Source: Methanobacteriaceae archaeon (lineage in GTDB: Archaea; Methanobacteriota; Methanobacteria; Methanobacteriales; Methanobacteriaceae). Taken from it: a stretch of DNA of 24,369 bases. Shown here piece after piece: positions 22,213 through 24,369 of this stretch. A program made the translations under genes and the position numbers. Below the pieces are notes generated by a model. The model saw nothing but the letters and a program-made list of their open reading frames with translations, made no database searches and had not been told where the DNA came from. How positions within the stretch are numbered: the first letter of the stretch is position 1; the number at the start of each line of letters is the position of its first letter. The stretch lies in NCBI GenBank assembly GCA_003558085.1, contig PWMT01000092.1, positions 1 to 24,369 of the forward strand. The letters run 5' to 3'.

Positions 22213-24024
22213 TTAGGCTTTATCTTCTAGAATCAGTTTAGGGAATATACACAGACTCTTAAGTTCGTCTAGTAAAAGTTTGAATGCATATGAAATTTCG
22301 ATAGGGAATGAATCTGATTCTCCACAGATAGGACAATATGTTTTATCTCTAATCCTATCATATACTGCCACCATACCACATTCAGAGCAGACTATAGCTT
22401 CGTACTTATCTGATTCATCTAGTAATCTTTCTTTGAGTGCTAATGCAGCTCCATGAGCAATTAAGCAATCTCTTTCCATTTCACCAAATCTTAAACCACC
22501 TTCTCGTGCCCTTCCTTCAGTTGGTTGTCGGGTTAGTACTTGTACCGGTCCACGGGAACGAGCATATACTTTGTCGGTGGTCATATGATGTAGCTTCTGA
22601 TAGTAAGCTACTCCCATAAATATTTCTGCTTCAATCCTCTCTCCGGTTATCCCATTATATAGTGATTCCACTCCAGCTGTTTCAAAACCATTTGCTTTTA
22701 AGGAGGCCTTTATATCTGATTCTAGTTCTCCGGTGAAGGGCGTTCCATCTACTCTTTTCCCATCCATACAACCAGATTTGCCTCCTAACATTTCTAAAAC
22801 TTGTCCAACAGACATTCTAGAAGGTATTGCATGAGGATTGACCACTAAATCTGGAACGATTCCTTCCTGAGTAAAGGGCATGTTTTCCTGAGATACTATT
22901 AATCCCACCACTCCTTTTTGTCCGTGTCTGGAAGCAAATTTATCACCAAATTCTGGTTTTCTTTGATCTCTTACTCTAATTTTAGTTAGACGGCTACCTT
23001 CAACAGTTTCAGTAAAAAGTACAGCGTCTACAACTCCTTTTTCTCCATGTCTAACTGTTACAGAAGTTTCCCTTCTTCTTTCAGCCACCGTACCAAATTC
23101 ATCAATTTCTTCTAAAAATCGAGGCGGTGAAGTTTTACCGATCAGTACATCACCTGAAGATACGTAAGATTCAGGATTAACTACTCCATCTTCATCTAGA
23201 TGTCTGTAAGATTCTTCAGATCGATATCCTCGAACACCTTTTTCCGGTATTTGAAATTTATCTTCCTGTCCACCCGGATATCTTCTTTCAGATGCCTCAT
23301 ATGATCTAAAAAAAGATGATCGAGAAAGTCCTCTTTCTATAGAAGCCTTATTTAATATAAGAGCATCCTCCATGTTGTAACCTTCATAGGACATTACTGC
23401 CACTACAAAATTTTGACCAGAGGGTCTCTTATCATAACCAGTTGCATCAATAATCCTGGTTTTAACAATAGGTAATTGGGGCTGGTGTAATAAATGTGCC
23501 CGAGTATCAGTACGTAAATCATAATTAGAAACATACAAGCCTAATGCTTGTTTAGTCATCCCTGCTTCCATGGTATTACGAGGGGAAGAGTTATGATTAG
23601 CAAATGGAATAATACCTGCACAGATCCCTAACATGGTAGAAGGATCAATTTCCAAGTGGGTATGATCTTCATTTAGATAGTTTAACCCCATGGCAATATA
23701 GGCATTTTCTTCTTCTTCTGCATCCAAAAATTCTATAACACCATCGTCTAGAAGTTCCTTCCAATTTAATTCTCCTTCTTTTATGAGAGAAATATGTTCT
23801 TCTTTTAATAAAGGTTCGCCGTTTTTAACTATTATTAAAGGTCTTCTGGCTCTACCAGGATCATTGAATATATATATTTCATCTGTTTCAAGATAATGAG
23901 TAATATTCATCTCATGGGAAACCTCTCCAGATCTTCTCTTTTCTCTCATATCATTTACAAAAGATTCCGGATCTTCACATGTCCCTATGAGCTTCCCGTT
24001 AATAAAAATTTTAGCTTTTCTCAC
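22213..24024 (-). CDS. rpoB1: DNA-directed RNA polymerase subunit B' (Rpo2C)
   Basis: [39 protein letters not shown], and a C-terminal Zn ribbon. GTG start with GGAGG SD. Confidence 0.97.
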   Translation of the reverse strand: MRKAKIFINGKLIGTCEDPESFVNDMREKRRSGEVSHEMNITHYLETDEIYIFNDPGRARRPLIIVKNGEPLLKEEHISLIKEGELNWKELLDDGVIEFLDAEEEENAYIAMGLNYLNEDHTHLEIDPSTMLGICAGIIPFANHNSSPRNTMEAGMTKQALGLYVSNYDLRTDTRAHLLHQPQLPIVKTRIIDATGYDKRPSGQNFVVAVMSYEGYNMEDALILNKASIERGLSRSSFFRSYEASERRYPGGQEDKFQIPEKGVRGYRSEESYRHLDEDGVVNPESYVSSGDVLIGKTSPPRFLEEIDEFGTVAERRRETSVTVRHGEKGVVDAVLFTETVEGSRLTKIRVRDQRKPEFGDKFASRHGQKGVVGLIVSQENMPFTQEGIVPDLVVNPHAIPSRMSVGQVLEMLGGKSGCMDGKRVDGTPFTGELESDIKASLKANGFETAGVESLYNGITGERIEAEIFMGVAYYQKLHHMTTDKVYARSRGPVQVLTRQPTEGRAREGGLRFGEMERDCLIAHGAALALKERLLDESDKYEAIVCSECGMVAVYDRIRDKTYCPICGESDSFPIEISYAFKLLLDELKSLCIFPKLILEDKA

Positions 24025-24071
24025 GAAATTGCCTCCCAGATTAAAGATTAAATTAAATTAATGATTTTGGG

Positions 24072-24369
24072 TTAATTGAGGACCCCCATTTTCTTGATAA
24101 TATTTTCGATTTCATCTGGATCTGATCCCACAGATATCTGGGACAATAAGGCTAAATTTTTCACCAATCCACAGTTAGGTACTTCTGGGGTTTCATTAGG
24201 ACAAATTTTTCCAAATTGAGTAGGATGCAAATCACGCGCTTCAAAGTGGGGTTGGCTTCTACTTAAAGGAGATACAACCCTTCTCATATGAGAAAGCGTT
24301 CCCATATAACTAGTACGATCAAGTAGCTGACTTACACCTGCTCTTCCACCTACCCAGTTACCGGTAGCA
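24072..24369 (-). CDS. rpoB2: DNA-directed RNA polymerase subunit B'' (Rpo2N), 3' end; runs off the right edge
   Basis: Frame is open to the window edge: ATGNWVGGRAGVSQLLDRTSYMGTLSHMRR..ARDLHPTQFGKICPNETPE(V)PNCGLVKNLA. Confidence 0.95.
   Translation of the reverse strand, partial: ATGNWVGGRAGVSQLLDRTSYMGTLSHMRRVVSPLSRSQPHFEARDLHPTQFGKICPNETPEVPNCGLVKNLALLSQISVGSDPDEIENIIKKMGVLN

Overview
AT-rich archaeal DNA, most consistent with a Methanobacteriales methanogen (split RpoB''/RpoB' and RpoA'/RpoA''; gene order typical of that group, from memory). The window is mostly housekeeping. The left arm carries the 3' end of a P-type ATPase, cbiJ, a GltS-family symporter interrupted by an in-frame TAA, moeA, and the conserved aIF-1A/RIO1/KH(Dim2)/top6B/top6A cluster. 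The right arm (minus strand) carries rpoB''(partial), rpoB', rpoA', rpoA'', L30e, nusA, S12, S7, EF-2, EF-1alpha, S10 and tRNA-Ser(UGA), then a YoaP/GNAT gene, tRNA-Ser(CGA) and a NYN-domain gene. I see no CRISPR array, intein, integrase or transposase, and I cannot support a large new system. The best leads are small: a GltS gene split close to its two-domain boundary, a Gly-to-Val change in the RNA polymerase ETPEG motif, a structured island with an exact 20-bp tandem duplication after top6A, an accessory insertion with gene debris between two tRNA-Ser genes, and a hairpin in the KH-gene leader.
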